The translations under genes were made by a program, and so were the position numbers. A stretch of 64,000 nucleotides of DNA from Octopus bimaculoides (taxonomy: Eukaryota): the NCBI RefSeq assembly GCF_001194135.2, contig NC_068986.1, positions 6,265,363 to 6,329,362 on the forward strand. Reading direction: 5' to 3'. The notes beneath the pieces are model-generated. The model did not search any database. It saw only the letters and a list, made by a program, of their open reading frames with translations, and had not been told where the DNA came from. Shown one piece after another: positions 24,638-38,215 of the stretch (position 1 is its first letter; the number at the start of each line of letters is the position of its first letter).

Positions 24638-26275
24638 CTAGCAGAGGCACCCAGCATTGCCAGGGAATGAAATTTTTCCTTACACATTGGAAGAAAAAGC
24701 AAAATATGTTGTATAGAAATTTGTTATTCTAAATTCAATTTATTCTTTAATTGGGAAATCAATTCTGAATTCATAATACAGAATAACACAGCTGTAGAAA
24801 CTCTGCCAGATCAGATTGGAGCTTGGTGCAACCATCTGGTTCACCAGTCATCAGTCAAATCATTCAACCCATGCTAGCATGGAAAGCGGACGTTAAACGA
24901 TGAATAATAATAATAAACGAAAATATAAAATTTACCATTTTATGAAAGGAGATAAATTCTACCACATACATTGAAGGAAATTATGTAAGAGCTTCTGGTT
25001 AAACAGCATTCTTTGTTCTCTGGTTTGGAGCATAAACAAATAAGTGTTGCAAACTACCTATCCTGGAGCAACCAACAAAGTTGACCATGAGAAAAGCAAG
25101 CCAGTAGATTTCAAAGACTGGCCTTGAGTTTTATTAATAGACATTGCAAAGCAAAGTTGCACTGGGATTTGTGTTTGGTTGAACTCAAAGAGCATGTCTG
25201 TTGGTTTGATTGGAATTCTTGGAACGAAAACCTCTTCCCCAGAGACACATCCAGAGATGATGGTAGCTTCTGTCACATTAGGTGATAATGTCTTCACAAT
25301 CAACCTTGTCCCGTTGCATAATTTAGGAGGATCTAAATTTCTTAGAAGCATTATTGGGACTCCTACCTTCAGAAAAAGTTTATGTGGTGGAATTCCAGGT
25401 GGCTCAAGAGAATTAAGGAACTCTTTTGGGTAATGGACAGCTTGATTTTCATCAAGGACTGAATCAACTGATTTGTACTTCTTAATGACTGTTGGAATCT
25501 TATTCATTAATTCATGGTTAATTCTTGCTACTGTCTCATTTTTTGGAGCAAGAATTGCCCTTTCATACAACCATTTATGTGAATTATAATGATTACTTAA
25601 GCTTGGAAATACCTCGTTCTTCAATTCAGCTGGGGAATTCACTATGATAGCAATATGACCCAAACTGATATCACTGTTTCCATCAAATAGTACTTTCCCA
25701 TTTCCTAATTGGAGGAGTCAGGTTGAAAATTGCTTTGCACATTGGTCCCCATATAATGAAGCTTGCACGTTAGTATTGAAGGAGAATTTCAGTACTTTAT
25801 TCCATAGGTGTGAAGACTTAATGCATGCTTTTATTTCATCAGATCTTGTTCATATCAGAATGACTGGTAATGTCTGTCTGAAGTCTCCCGAAAAAACTAG
25901 TGTAACTCCTCCCATAAATTTATTGTTGCCTCTGATGTCCTGTAAGATCTTACCAAGAGCTTCTATTGCACCTCTATGTGACATGGTGCATTCATCCCAA
26001 ATGATAAGGTGGCATTGACAATACGTCTGCTGAACCTGAATCTTTGCTTATGTTACAAATTGGACTGTCACTTGTGACCAGGTTTAATGGTAATTTAAAA
26101 GCAGAATGAGTTGTTCATCCCCCTGGAAGAATGGTGGTAGCAAAACCAGACAATGGTACAGCAGCTGCAAATTTTTTTGTTGCCTTACTTTGGAGATAAG
26201 CAATGTTACAAATGTTTTACCTGTGTCACCAGGAGCATCAAGAAAGAAAATTCCTCTGCTTTATTCTGACGATTG
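24638..26275 (-). mobile_element. Helitron 3' part including PIF1 helicase region and hairpin-CTAG end
   Basis: Minus-strand end ccctggcaatgctggg...CTAG|T at 24641-37; helicase remnants upstream. An RTE tail is inserted at 24790-24915. Confidence 0.85.
24990..26270 (-). pseudogene. Helitron PIF1-family helicase, disrupted
   Basis: FFLDAPGDTGKTF (Walker A), WDECTMSH (Walker B), GDFRQTLPV. ORF 25058-25663 has AILAPKN...GVPIMLLRNLDPPKLCNGTRL...FAMSINKTQGQSL. Stops and frameshifts lie between the motifs. Confidence 0.9.
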
Positions 26276-26343
26276 TGGAACGCCCCCCCCCCCACACACA
26301 CACATACATATAGATACAGTATCGATTATCAGATGAAATGGAC

Positions 26344-26403
<60 letters not shown>

Positions 26404-26925
26404 GAGAGAGAGAGTAAATGAAAGGGTGTGTTGTCATATATACGTACATACATAAAGAAATAGGCATACATCTTTCTTGTATGTATGTGTGCATGTGTGT
26501 GTGTGAAAGAGAGAGAGAGAGAGAGTGCCACTTAGACACCACTCAGAGAGAGAGAGAGAGAGTGCCACTTTGACATCACTCTCTCTATCTCTCTCTCACA
26601 CACACACACACACTCATACATACAAAAAAGATGTATTCATATGTATTTATGTATTACGAATACATAACAACACACCCCTTCACTCACTCACACACACATA
26701 GACACACATACCGTACATAAATGTATACAAATGTACATACAAAAACACGTGTGTGCGTGTGTGTGACTGATTAAAAATACATAAAGCTGAACACGGCGTG
26801 AAAAAGAAAATAATAAAATTTTACGTAAAGTAACAATGTGTGCAAGTTCCAGCAAAATAATGCCCATATATTTTTAACGCAAAATTTGAACATGGTATTT
26901 GTGTAATAAAGAAATCAAACCTTGA

Positions 26926-26977
<52 letters not shown>

Positions 26978-28639
26978 ATTGCAAACAATGAATGAGATAA
27001 ACATGGAATGAAAAAAACGTATAAATAAAAGCACATTGAAAAGTATCTTGAACTGAATATTTAAATTTGTGAACTTGGTAAATATTTCTTTCAATAATTT
27101 ATCGTAGTTGTTAACAAATAGCAAATTAAAACTTGAAATGAAAACATTAAAATTAGACAGGGACTGACTTCGCTATTTTTATGTCAGTACCGAAAGTCGA
27201 GATTGAGAAACCTTTTTCAAGAAGTGAATGTAATCTAATAATATTCCAATGTATATTTGTAGAGAATTTCATTAAAAAGTATTCATTCTCTTGAAAGTTA
27301 AGACGAAGTAAACTCATTTTTCTGAAAGTTATGATCATCAAAAATCGTGGTGGGGACAGAAATCTGTATTTATGCCGACAAATTTGACACTTTCCTTCTA
27401 CACATGGTTATGCATGTATGCAGAAATACACGAATGCAGAAGATAGTAAACAATAAAAATAACTTGGTAACTGAAATTATGTTTCTTTATACGACGGGCA
27501 GAGATGTAAATAAGAAATTTTAAGGGAAAATAAAGTATTGTACGGGTTGAAGCGAAATTTGTCACTCAGTGAACCAAAGAGCCAGTATCGAAGGAACCAG
27601 AAAGAAACCGTCAACAACAGAATAGCATAAGACCGTGCGGATTGAAGTGAAATTTATAAAGATACTTCTGTCAGTAAATTATGAAATTACGTCAGTAATT
27701 GTGAATTTCTTTCTGTCAATAATTTGTTGTCGTTTGTTTGTAAATAGCGATTCAAAACTTAGACTTACAGTGAAAACAATAACATGGAAGTTAAACAATG
27801 GCGTATAAAAATTGAAAGTCAAAAAGAATAGAGTCTGAAAGATGAAAGTGAAGACGAGAGATATGTTACAGAGAGATGGATAGAGACACACACATAAAGA
27901 GATCTTTTACGTCACTGACGTTAGAAAGCTGGAAGTAAATATTTTAAAATCTTTGAAAGACGTGAATGTAATATAAAAAGCAATATTTTTTATTTTAAAA
28001 AATTTTTAATAAAAAAAATCAAATGAAGACCCTATTATATATCCAAGGTAAAATTATTCATGCATCACAAATATGGAAGCAATTGGTGNNNNNNNNNNGT
28101 GTCTGGAGAGGGTCATTCTCTTTTAGTGTCTTATAATTTAACACACTCACCAGTAAAATTTCCACATTTCTTTTCTATTTTTCTAAGATTTTCGTAGCGT
28201 CTTGCAACCTTTTCAATAGTTTTGACTCTGTCCGTTATTCACACTGCGTTCCTTTTTATTTGTTTGTGCGTATGTATGTATACGTGTTCCTACACATGCA
28301 TGCATGTATGTATGTATGTATCTATGCATGCGTGTTCGCATGTATGTGAGTGTGTTTATGTATATATGTATGTATGTGTGTATATTGTGTGGATGTGTGT
28401 CTCCATATGTGTCCTTGTGTGAAGTAAAGTGTATGTGTACATATGGTCATGTGTTTCAGTCTTCGTTTGTGTATGTGTGTTTGTCCATATAACCTATGTA
28501 CCTATCTGTCTGCATGTTGATCTGTTTACTTTCATATCCATATGCTTATATACATGTGCATATGCATATATATACATACATCCCCCACACACACATACAT
28601 ACATCTATCTACATAACAACCCACTAACTATTCTACTCT

Positions 28640-30480
28640 ACCTGTGTAAACTGTGGGTATGATATTTACTCTGTATATTTCCTATTTAGTATTGGGAAAG
28701 TTTCATTTATGAGGACGTACTCCTGTATTTGTCTGAGTGTTGGGTCGTTTGGGCGCTTGGATAAGATGCGGATGTCAAGCTGTCCCAGGTTGCCTCCATG
28801 TTGGTCCTTAGCATGTTGGTAGAGTATGGAGGACTGTTTTTTGTCGTCATATTGTCTCAAATGTTTATTTAGTCGTTCCGCAATGCTCTTAGATGTCTCC
28901 CCTATGTATGTCATGTTCATGTCTTTACAAGCACCTTCTATGCATCTTATGCTGTAAACTACATTTCGAGTTCTACGGTTAATTCTAGGGCTAATCCTAC
29001 ATACAATGCAGTTATCATTGGTGCATATGGTATTCTCAAAGGGGTACGTTCTACATAGTTGTGATCTGACGGAGTTCCCTGGTTTTTCAACAATCTTAAT
29101 GTTGAGTTCGGTCTCTTTCCGGGATTTTCTAAATCTACGGGCTAGTTCTCCATGGACTTGGTCTCTACAAACATCACTCCTTAATATTTGTCGGTTTTAC
29201 ACCATGTGTCTGCCCTATTTGCTTTGTCACAAGTTCTTTGTATCCTATTCCAGTCTTTGTTTCTATATCTAGGACAGGTACCACTGGTATCATTACGTAT
29301 AATGTTATCTAATTTCTAGCACCCCTGTATACCCTAGCCCTATCTTTCTGATCATATCCAGAGAATTGCATGCGGTGCATGAATTTATGTATATGTTTTT
29401 TTGTTTTATGGGGTTCGCATAGTGGGGACACGTTGTTCATTATCCTAACTAAGTCTGCTATCAGTATGTTCATATTCATGTTGTGTGACAAAGCTGAGTT
29501 CTTGTGAACAACATATTTTGAAGCTACGGGTTTCATGTAATAGGAGTGGAGGAGCTGCACTTTATTGTTCACAGTCTCTAATCAAAGTTCAGCATCAAGT
29601 ACGGGGAGTCTATTGTTGGGGTGCTTAGTGGGGTAATCTATAGTTGCCTTGATATTTTGGTGGATGGAGTTAGCTACTTGCTGGAAGCTCTCCATTACGT
29701 TCCTCTCAGTTTCTACACTACCATTACTAGAGCTGGTCCTAAATATGATATTAATGTCATCTACATATCTACTGTGGATTAGAAGAGTTGTGACTGTTCT
29801 GCTAACATATGCTTAAGTTTTCTGTCCCACTAGGTCATGAAGAGGCTGGCCGCATCTCCAGCTACACCGACACCAATGGCTGCACCTTGAACCTGCATGT
29901 ATAGTTTTTTTATTAAACTTTACTATGTGGTTCTTCAAGATGGTTTTTACACTGGTCCCTATTGCATATGCAACCATTTCTTTCACCTGATTGTTGTTCT
30001 CAGGGTTTTGGGTGGGTGTGGTCCAGCCACTCCAGCGCTCTGTGGTGCTTTTCTTCACTGAAGTGATGGTGGGTGGTCTTCCCCTCAGTGACCTGAAGGG
30101 GCAGAATCTACTGACTTCATGGTCATCTAAATAGTCATTGTCGTAGCTTAGTCTGAGGAGGAAGCCCAGTTCCCTCGTGTTGACCTTACAGAACTCCACT
30201 TCACTATCACAGATTACCTGAATACATTTCTCCACAGCAAAATCTATGTCTATAGATGGGTAGAGTGAAATCACATCCATTTTACCCACTACACAACCTA
30301 AGAGGTCGTTGGAGTAGTTGCAAGTACTGATTTTACTGAGGAGATCTTCCGTGCTCACACAGACATCTGGAGACATCTCTATGAGAGGTCGTAATACCTG
30401 TGAGAGGAAGTAGGACAGTCTATAGTTGCTGGAGATATTCGCTCTGCAAACTGCAGAATGCATACATACAAATATATATA
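28640..30480 (-). mobile_element. Penelope-like element, 5'-truncated, with RT, thumb and GIY-YIG endonuclease (frameshifted)
   Basis: MDVISLYPSID (RT motif A), QGAAIG, RYVDDINII (YVDD 29756-67), thumb YMKPVASKYVVHKNSAL (29309-29572), YIGETSKSIAERLNKH...RQIQEYVLI (28666-28920). Confidence 0.9.
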
Positions 30481-30542
30481 CACACACACATACATACATA
30501 CATACATACATGCATACATACATACATACATACATACATACA

Positions 30543-30578
<36 letters not shown>

Positions 30579-31529
30579 TATATTATCANNNNNNNNNNNN
30601 NNNNNNNNNNNNNNNNNNNNNNNNNNNNNNNNNNNNNNNNNNNNNNNNNNNNNNNNNNNNNNNNNNNNNNNNNNNNNNNNNNNNNNNNNNNNNNNNNNNN
30701 NNNNNNNNNNNNNNNNNNNNNNNNNNNNNNNNNNNNNNNNNNNNNNNNNNNNNNNNNNNNNNNNNNNNNNNNNNNNNNNNNNNNNNNNNNNNNNNNNNNN
30801 NNNNNNNNNNNNNNNNNNNNNNNNNNNNNNNNNNNNNNNNNNNNNNNNNNNNNNNNNNNNNNNNNNNNNNNNNNNNNNNNNNNNNNNNNNNNNNNNNNNN
30901 NNNNNNNNNNNNNNNNNNNNNNNNNNNNNNNNNNNNNNNNNNNNNNNNNNNNNNNNNNNNNNNNNNNNNNNNNNNNNNNNNNNNNNNNNNNNNNNNNNNN
31001 NNNNNNNNNNNNNNNNNNNNNNNNNNNNNNNNNNNNNNNNNNNNNNNNNNNNNNNNNNNNNNNNNNNNNNNNNNNNNNNNNNNNNNNNNNNNNNNNNNNN
31101 NNNNNNNNNNNNNNNNNNNNNNNNNNNNNNNNNNNNNNNNNNNNNNNNNNNNNNNNNNNNNNNNNNNNNNNNNNNNNNNNNNNNNNNNNNNNNNNNNNNN
31201 NNNNNNNNNNNNNNNNNNNNNNNNNNNNNNNNNNNNNNNNNNNNNNNNNNNNNNNNNNNNNNNNNNNNNNNNNNNNNNNNNNNNNNNNNNNNNNNNNNNN
31301 NNNNNNNNNNNNNNNNNNNNNNNNNNNNNNNNNNNNNNNNNNNNNNAGTTGCAAGTACTGATTTTACTGAGGAGATCTTCCGTGCTCACACAGACATCTG
31401 GAGACATCTCTATGAGAGGTCGTAATACCTGTGAGAGGAAGTAGGACAGTCTATAGTTGCTGGAGATATTCGCTCTGCAAACTGCAGAATGCATACATAC
31501 AAATATATATACACACACACATACATATA

Positions 31530-31697
31530 TACGACGGGCTTCTTTCAGTTTCCGTCTACCAAATCCACTCACAAGGCTTTGGTCGGCCCGAGGCTATAGT
31601 AGAAGACACTTGCCCAAGATGCCACACAGTGGGACTGAACCCGGGACCATGTGGTTGGTAAGCTAGCTACTTACCACACAGCCACTCCTATGCCTAA
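31530..31697 (-). mobile_element. SINE family A, 5' half, young
   Basis: acgacgggcttctttcagtttccgtctaccaaatccactcacaagg...ccacacagccactcctatgcc. A second older copy lies at 31990-32140. Confidence 0.85.
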
Positions 31698-32561
31698 AAC
31701 TGTCTTAACTCAGGAAATCACAGAATGGAACTAGATATAACGTGATTGACCCAGAGATTGAACTCACACCTATTAACCCATTAGTGTACCCTCCAATTAA
31801 CCAACGCTTATATCCACTCACCCATTCTCCCTAGCAATGCACCCTGGTGTTGCCTGGGTGTTTGATCCACAGCCACATTGTATTATTTGTTCCTTTCTTA
31901 TGGAAGAACTGGCACACGAGGAGTATGAAGCAAACAACGCTTCTTCATAAACATGGTTTTTGGTCATTTTCTGATGAACGACATTGCAATTTCCATCTAC
32001 CAAATTCAGTCGCAAGTCTGTGGTTAGCCTAGGGCTATAGTAAAAAACACTTGCCCAAGGTACCATGCAGAGGGACTGAATGTGGAACCATGTGGTTGGG
32101 AAGCAAATTTCTCAACCGCACAGTCATTCTTGCACCTAATATGTGTATGTGTGTGTGTTTAAGTTTGTTGTTAAATCTAGTATTGTGTCCCACTATGTCT
32201 CAAAGTTATCAGTTCATCAACCAGAGATCTATAAAATAAATGCCAGATTGAAATACATACTGAGGTCAGGATGATCAATTAAATTTTTGAAGTTGATACT
32301 CGTCATCGTGACAGTCAAAAGACCAAGTCCAGCAAAATAATATTTAAAGACTTAATGGCTTCAAATTTAAGATAATGAGTTCAAAACTTCATATTGAACT
32401 TCCACTCTGTATGGTAATAGTATATGTGCATCTCAGTCTACTTGACTTCCAACAATTAATAATTGTAATTTGAAGTTGAATGGTTAGTAGGAAGAAAGAT
32501 GTCTAGATTTCTTAAATTATTGTGCAAAATATTCTGAAAAAAGTATTTTTTCCACCACAAC

Positions 32562-32598
<37 letters not shown>

Positions 32599-32999
32599 GT
32601 GTGTCTGTGGTAACTTGAGCTACTACAAATTGCATCCAAATCTCTCTTAAAACACGCCCTTTCATCAAAAGAAAGACACAGATTTACAGTATTTCAGGAA
32701 GTAAAAAAACTACACAATGGGTCTGCTACATCAGAGGCAACTCTGGGCTAAACAAAACATACTTCACATTAAAGGGTTATCTACTGAATAATACTAATAA
32801 AGCTGATGGTATATCTTTGAAGTTTTATTCCCTGGTAAAATTCCACATAGATTGTTCAGGTAGAGTTGCCTCCCTTAGCAACAGACCTCAGAATTGTGCT
32901 CCAGCAAGGCCGCAGTCAAATGACTGAAACAAGCAAAAGAATAAAAGAATGTATGTATGTACCTATATGTAATATTCTTTTGTGTTCTAGGCCTGAAAT

Positions 33000-33180
33000 T
33001 TTGGGGGAGAGAGCCAGTCAATTAGATCGATCCCAGTATGCAACTGCTACTTAATTTATCGACCCTGAAAGGATGAAAGGCAAAGTCAACCTGGGTGGAA
33101 TTTGAACTCAGAACGTAAAGACAGATGAGATACTACTAAGCATTTTGCCCAGCGTACTAAAGTTTCTGCCAGCTTCTGCG
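33000..33180 (-). mobile_element. SINE family B
   Basis: Same central domain and head as 20505-20740. Confidence 0.75.
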
Positions 33181-34581
33181 CCTTATCTATATGTAATATT
33201 GTAGCCACATGTTTTCAGATTCAGTCCCACTGCATGCCACCTTGGGCAAGTGTCTTCTACTGATGAAAGCCTTGTGAATGGATTTGGTAGATCGTAACAG
33301 AAAGAAGTTAGTCATATGTGTATATGCATATGAATGTATTTGGGTTAATGAGTGTGTTTGTCTGTGTGCATGAATGTGTGTTTGCTTGGTTGTTTGTGTC
33401 TGTTTGCCTTGTTAGTATGTGATGGTTGCAAATAAAGTGTTGCCGTCAAGCAAGTGGTGTTGTACATTCCCAACCTTCTACAGAAACAGAGAAACAGGTG
33501 AGTGTTGAGTGACTGGAAAGACATCTGGTCATTGAAAATCTGCCTTAACAAATTCTGTCTGAGCCATGCAAACATGGAAAAGTAGACATTAAACAATGAT
33601 GATGAGGATGAGGATGACATGTGCTTGTGTCTGTGTGTGCATGTATATATCAATAACTATATCTAAATATTTGTCTATCTATCTATCTATCTAATATATA
33701 TATATGAATATGTTTATATAGGCTTATACATAATTTATGCTTTGATGTATGAAAACGCTATCTATAAATCTGTCATTACTGCATATTTATTTAAAACTAA
33801 AAGCAGATCAAACAATTATATTGATTATCTGAAGAAAGCCAGAACGGCTCACATAAATAAATATATTAAATAAATATGTAAATAAATAGAATTTCCAAAT
33901 GAGATCCTTGTCATATTGTAAATGATTCTAGAGAGATTTCTGATGAATTCCCTCTCATGTTATCCATATTAACTAAATAGATTATTCTAAAAAAAAGCTT
34001 GGTAAAAGACATATAAAGGAATATACAACTAAGTATTTAGATGACTCAATATGTGTAACTGCATCTGTAGTTGTATCCCTTACCCTGTAAACTATCATAT
34101 TTTACTGTTTAATTCCTTGTAACAGCTTCTACCTGGCAATAAATATATGGTGTGACTGTTTTAACAAAAGTTGTTACATCAGACCTGTTCTCTGTTTATT
34201 AGTTGCAATTTTTGTTTGGCCTGCTATCTGTTTATTAGTTGCAACTTTTGTTTAATGATCTATATTCTACATATGTGTAAGTAAAATGCATAATGTATAT
34301 GGATAGATATATCACCATGATCATCATTGTTTGATGTCTGCCTTCCATGCTGGCATGAGTGGGACAATTTGACAGAAGCCGGCCAAGCAGAAGTTGGCCA
34401 GGCAGAAGCCTGCACCAGACTACTGTGTCTATACACACATACATACACACACGCACATGCGTGTTTTTTATAGCCTTCTATATGTTCGATATACAGATTT
34501 CAGGAAGCGGTAGATAGACACAACTGTCTTCACATAACATACTTCATTTTACTCCAATACACACACACACACACACACACA

Positions 34582-34633
<52 letters not shown>

Positions 34634-34744
34634 TACATACAAAGAAGCATACATATATACACACACATTTAGTTGGAGTTCAGTCTTATGTTCTTTTCTA
34701 TGTTCAACCACTCATATACATTCATGCATACATATATGCATTCA

Positions 34745-35105
34745 GTGGCACGTAAATAGCACCCTTTGAGCGTAATCGTTACCAGTGTCGCCTTCCTGGC
34801 ACGTGAAAAGACATTCGAGCGAGGTCATTGCCAGTGCCGCCAGACTGGCTCCTATGCAGGTGGCACATAAAATACACCATTTTGAGCATGGCTGGTGTCA
34901 GTACCACCTCACTAGCCTTCGTGCCGGTGGCACGTAAAAGAACCCACTACAATCCCAGAGTGGTGGGCATTAGGAAGGGCATCCAGCTGTAGAAACTCTG
35001 CCAAATCAGATTAGAGCCTGGCGTAGCCATCTGGTTTGCCAGTCCTCAGTTAAATCGTCCAACCCATGCTAGCATGGAAAGCAGACGTTAAACGATGATG
35101 ATGAT
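34745..35105 (+). mobile_element. RTE LINE 3'UTR repeats and (GAT)n tail
   Basis: Repeated gtggcacgtaaaa..cacc modules followed by the canonical tail. Confidence 0.8.
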
Positions 35106-35529
35106 ACATACATACATACATACATACATACATACATACATACGTACATACATACATACATACATACATACATACATACATAAATACATACATACATAAA
35201 TACATACATACATACATAAATACCCAGATAATAAATCTACATTCATACCAATAATAATTAGTGCACTGGGGTTGGTGAGTAATTGTCTTAGTGACAATCT
35301 GGGTAAACTAGAGTTTTCAGAGAAAGAAATCAATCATCTCTCACATTATAAACACACTTGTAAGTGGAACAGTAAAAATAGGCAAGACCTTTCTCAAGTT
35401 TAAAATGTGACTTTGTTTTTGTTATCTACATTCCAACAAAGGGGCTTTGTGTCTTTGTTTGAAAAAAGCTCCTACCTCAGAGGAAGAATTTAAATAATTG
35501 AAACCAGAAGAGAATATATATATTTATAT

Positions 35530-35790
35530 CTGTACAATATCAAAGCAAAAAACTGGAAAAATTTGGTGTATTCTTAATTTCAACATTTAATAATGCCATA
35601 CAGTAGTTGGAGCAAAGATAGCATCTCAAGATAGTTACAATACCAGTGATTGTAGGAGCACTTGAATGATCAGTAAAAGAACTGAAAATTATTTGAAAAT
35701 GATCCCTGGATTACCATTCATGCAGGAAGCACAAAAGATTGTATTAACTGATACATCACCCGTACTGAGAAGAGTTTTGTTGTGAATTTT
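35530..35790 (+). mobile_element. R4/Dong-type LINE C-terminal fragment, old
   Basis: IVTIPVIVGAL...NYLKMIPGLPFMQEAQKIVLTDTSPVLRRVLL*. Confidence 0.6.
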
Positions 35791-36419
35791 CTTTCCTTCT
35801 TTGCCCTTTTCTTTGTTTACTTTTATATTTTATATTTTTTCTTTTTCTCTTTGTTTTTCTTCCCCATTTTTCTATCACATGACTTTGTAAATGAACAATC
35901 TGGTGTGATTATTTTAATGGCCTACAAATGTATACAGTGCATGTCTCTGCCATAGGTGTCAGGAAGGTACTTGACAAGAAAAGGAAACAGAATTGAAAGA
36001 AGATCATGATGAAAGTGATTATAATAATGATAATAATTAACGGAACCCATAATGAAACCAAGTAAAAGAACAGCAGAAGGATAATCATAAATACTATAAA
36101 ATAGTTGATTTAGGAGTCACACACACACTACTATGCAACACCCCTCCATACAAGAATAAACTCATACCGAAAATACCCAACAAAATGAACAAAACCGACA
36201 ACATGTGCCATAGAAGGCCGATACCTGACAGAAGAACACAACCTGCACTACGCAAACAACACACACGATAAAAACTAATACAACGGAAAACTCAAACAAA
36301 ACCCCACACTAGAACATACTGATACAATACAATATCCCACACTACCAAAAAAAAAAAATGCAGTACACCCCACCCCACCAGCACAGAGGTGCAACAAATG
36401 ATGCAATAGAAAATTTCTT

Positions 36420-37800
36420 GAGACTTTCAGATGCTGAGAAATAATAGTGGTGATGACGACGGTGCTGGACGTTACCTTACCTCAGTTTATGAGAGACAGG
36501 AGTTTCTGAAAGACTCTGGTTGTAACAGTGAAAATGAAGCTGGACCTTTAAGGGTAGGTCTCTTGCTCGGCAGTGGATCAGTAAAGATGCAGACTGACCA
36601 CAGCTGTCATCCTAATGCAGCATCAGCAGATAATAGAACAAAGAGGAGGAAGCAGACCAGCAAAGAAAACAGGATGGTGATTCAGTGCTACTTAGAAAGT
36701 GAACCTAAAAGAAGAGGCTATAGAAAACGGATGTTAACACTTTGGGTTGAGAAGAGTATGTTCAAAGTGACTGAGGAGAGATTAGTTGATCAAGCTAATG
36801 CTATTAGGAAAAGAAAGTGGACGACAGAATTGGAGGTAGAAGAGATCACAAGAGAACTGGAAAAGAAAGACCAGCAGTGGGAAAGACAAACAACAAAAGA
36901 GATACATCTCAAATTAAAGAAGAACCTAAAGAAAAAAATAATAATAGTGCTACCAATAAAGAAGGGATAACTGGTACCAACGACTTAAGTGATTTAATTG
37001 AGGAAGATCAGAAGATTTCAGGTGAGTTGTAGGAAGTAATGAGTAAAGAAGTAAGAAAAAGATTGCCAGCCTTAAAAGACACCAACAGAAGGAAGCTAAA
37101 AGAAATGACTAGGAAAGTAGACCGTTATCAGGAGGATAGATACTAAAAATATAGAAGACACCAACTTATTGCTCTATGCAGGAGGAGTAGCAGTCACCAG
37201 AAGATTAGATATCTTACAGGGAAAAATTAAAAAAGAGTGGAAAAGAAGACTACAAAATAAAGTGAAGACTTTAAGACAAGATCTGAGTGGAATAGAAACC
37301 TGGAGACTCAACAAGTTAGGAAACACAAGATGCAAATCTTCCCTCGAGGAAAGACATTTAGTCAAAGAGAAAGGATTTGGGACAGTAATAGAAGAGTTGA
37401 AACCGCGTACCATAGCAGTAGCTGGGAAGCTCTCCAGATATCAGAAAAGAATAGATCAGTATCAACAGAATAGATTATTTGACACAGACCAGAGGAATTT
37501 TATAACTAAATAAATAGTGGAGAATGAAGTACTAAAGATGAGAAACCTAATGCAGGGGAAGCTAGAAAGTTCTGGAGAAATATTTGGGATAAATCAGTCA
37601 ATCATAATAAAGATGCAGTATGGTTAAAGAAAGTGAGAGAAGAAGTAATGAGGGAAGCAGCCAGATTTAAGACTAACTAGTGCATTAATGAGTAAAGTGT
37701 TAGGAAAAATGCCAAATTGGAAGGGCCCAGGACAGGATTTAGTTCAAGGGTACTGGCTAAAGAAATTCAGTAGTTTACATGGGAGGCTGAAGGAACAAGG
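36420..37800 (+). mobile_element. R4/Dong-clade LINE N-terminal region, ending just before the RT core
   Basis: KRRKQTSKENRMVIQCYLESEPKRRGYRKRM...RLVDQANAIRKRKW; EWKRRLQNKV...KLSRYQKRIDQYQQNRLF; FWRNIWD...KMPNWKGPGQDLVQGYWLK. Confidence 0.85.
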
Positions 37801-38043
37801 ACAAATACATAGCCAAAACACTAGGACTTTTGAATGTATCTAACATACAGAAAATATATGTAAGATGTGTGTGGCATCTAGGCACCGCACACATCCTATG
37901 TAAAGCACTTTCAGTACAGTGAAAATAGAAGCACCAAAACAAACCACAGCACATATCCAAGGCACATAGAGCTGCGCTCAGTCATGCAGTGAAAGCATGT
38001 GATAAAGATAAGACTACTGAATAATAATAATAATAATAATAAC

Positions 38044-38092
<49 letters not shown>

Positions 38093-38215
38093 TTAATAAT
38101 AATAATAATAAGAAGAAGAAGAATAACAATAAAAATAATGATAATAATAATAATAATAATAATAATAATATACGCAACAACAACAATAGCAACAATAACA
38201 TAACTGCTAAGACCA
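37800..38215 (+). mobile_element. R4/Dong-type 3' end and 3'UTR followed by (AAT)n microsatellite (38010-38215)
   Basis: DKYIAKTLGLLNVSNIQK...LGTAHILCKALSVQ*, then a short UTR and (AAT)n. Confidence 0.65.

Noticed and set aside
31348-31510. Apparent duplication of 30318-30490
   Set aside because: Essentially identical copies on either side of an N-gap; most likely a contig-overlap assembly artefact.
31822-31908. Possible 87-nt minus-strand exon with GTGAGT donor
   Set aside because: The peptide is unrecognisable and such sites are expected by chance at this window size.
34474-34512. Minus-strand HHR-like cttc-ctgaaaa...gaacatata-gaag
   Set aside because: Core and stem II are too degenerate to support.
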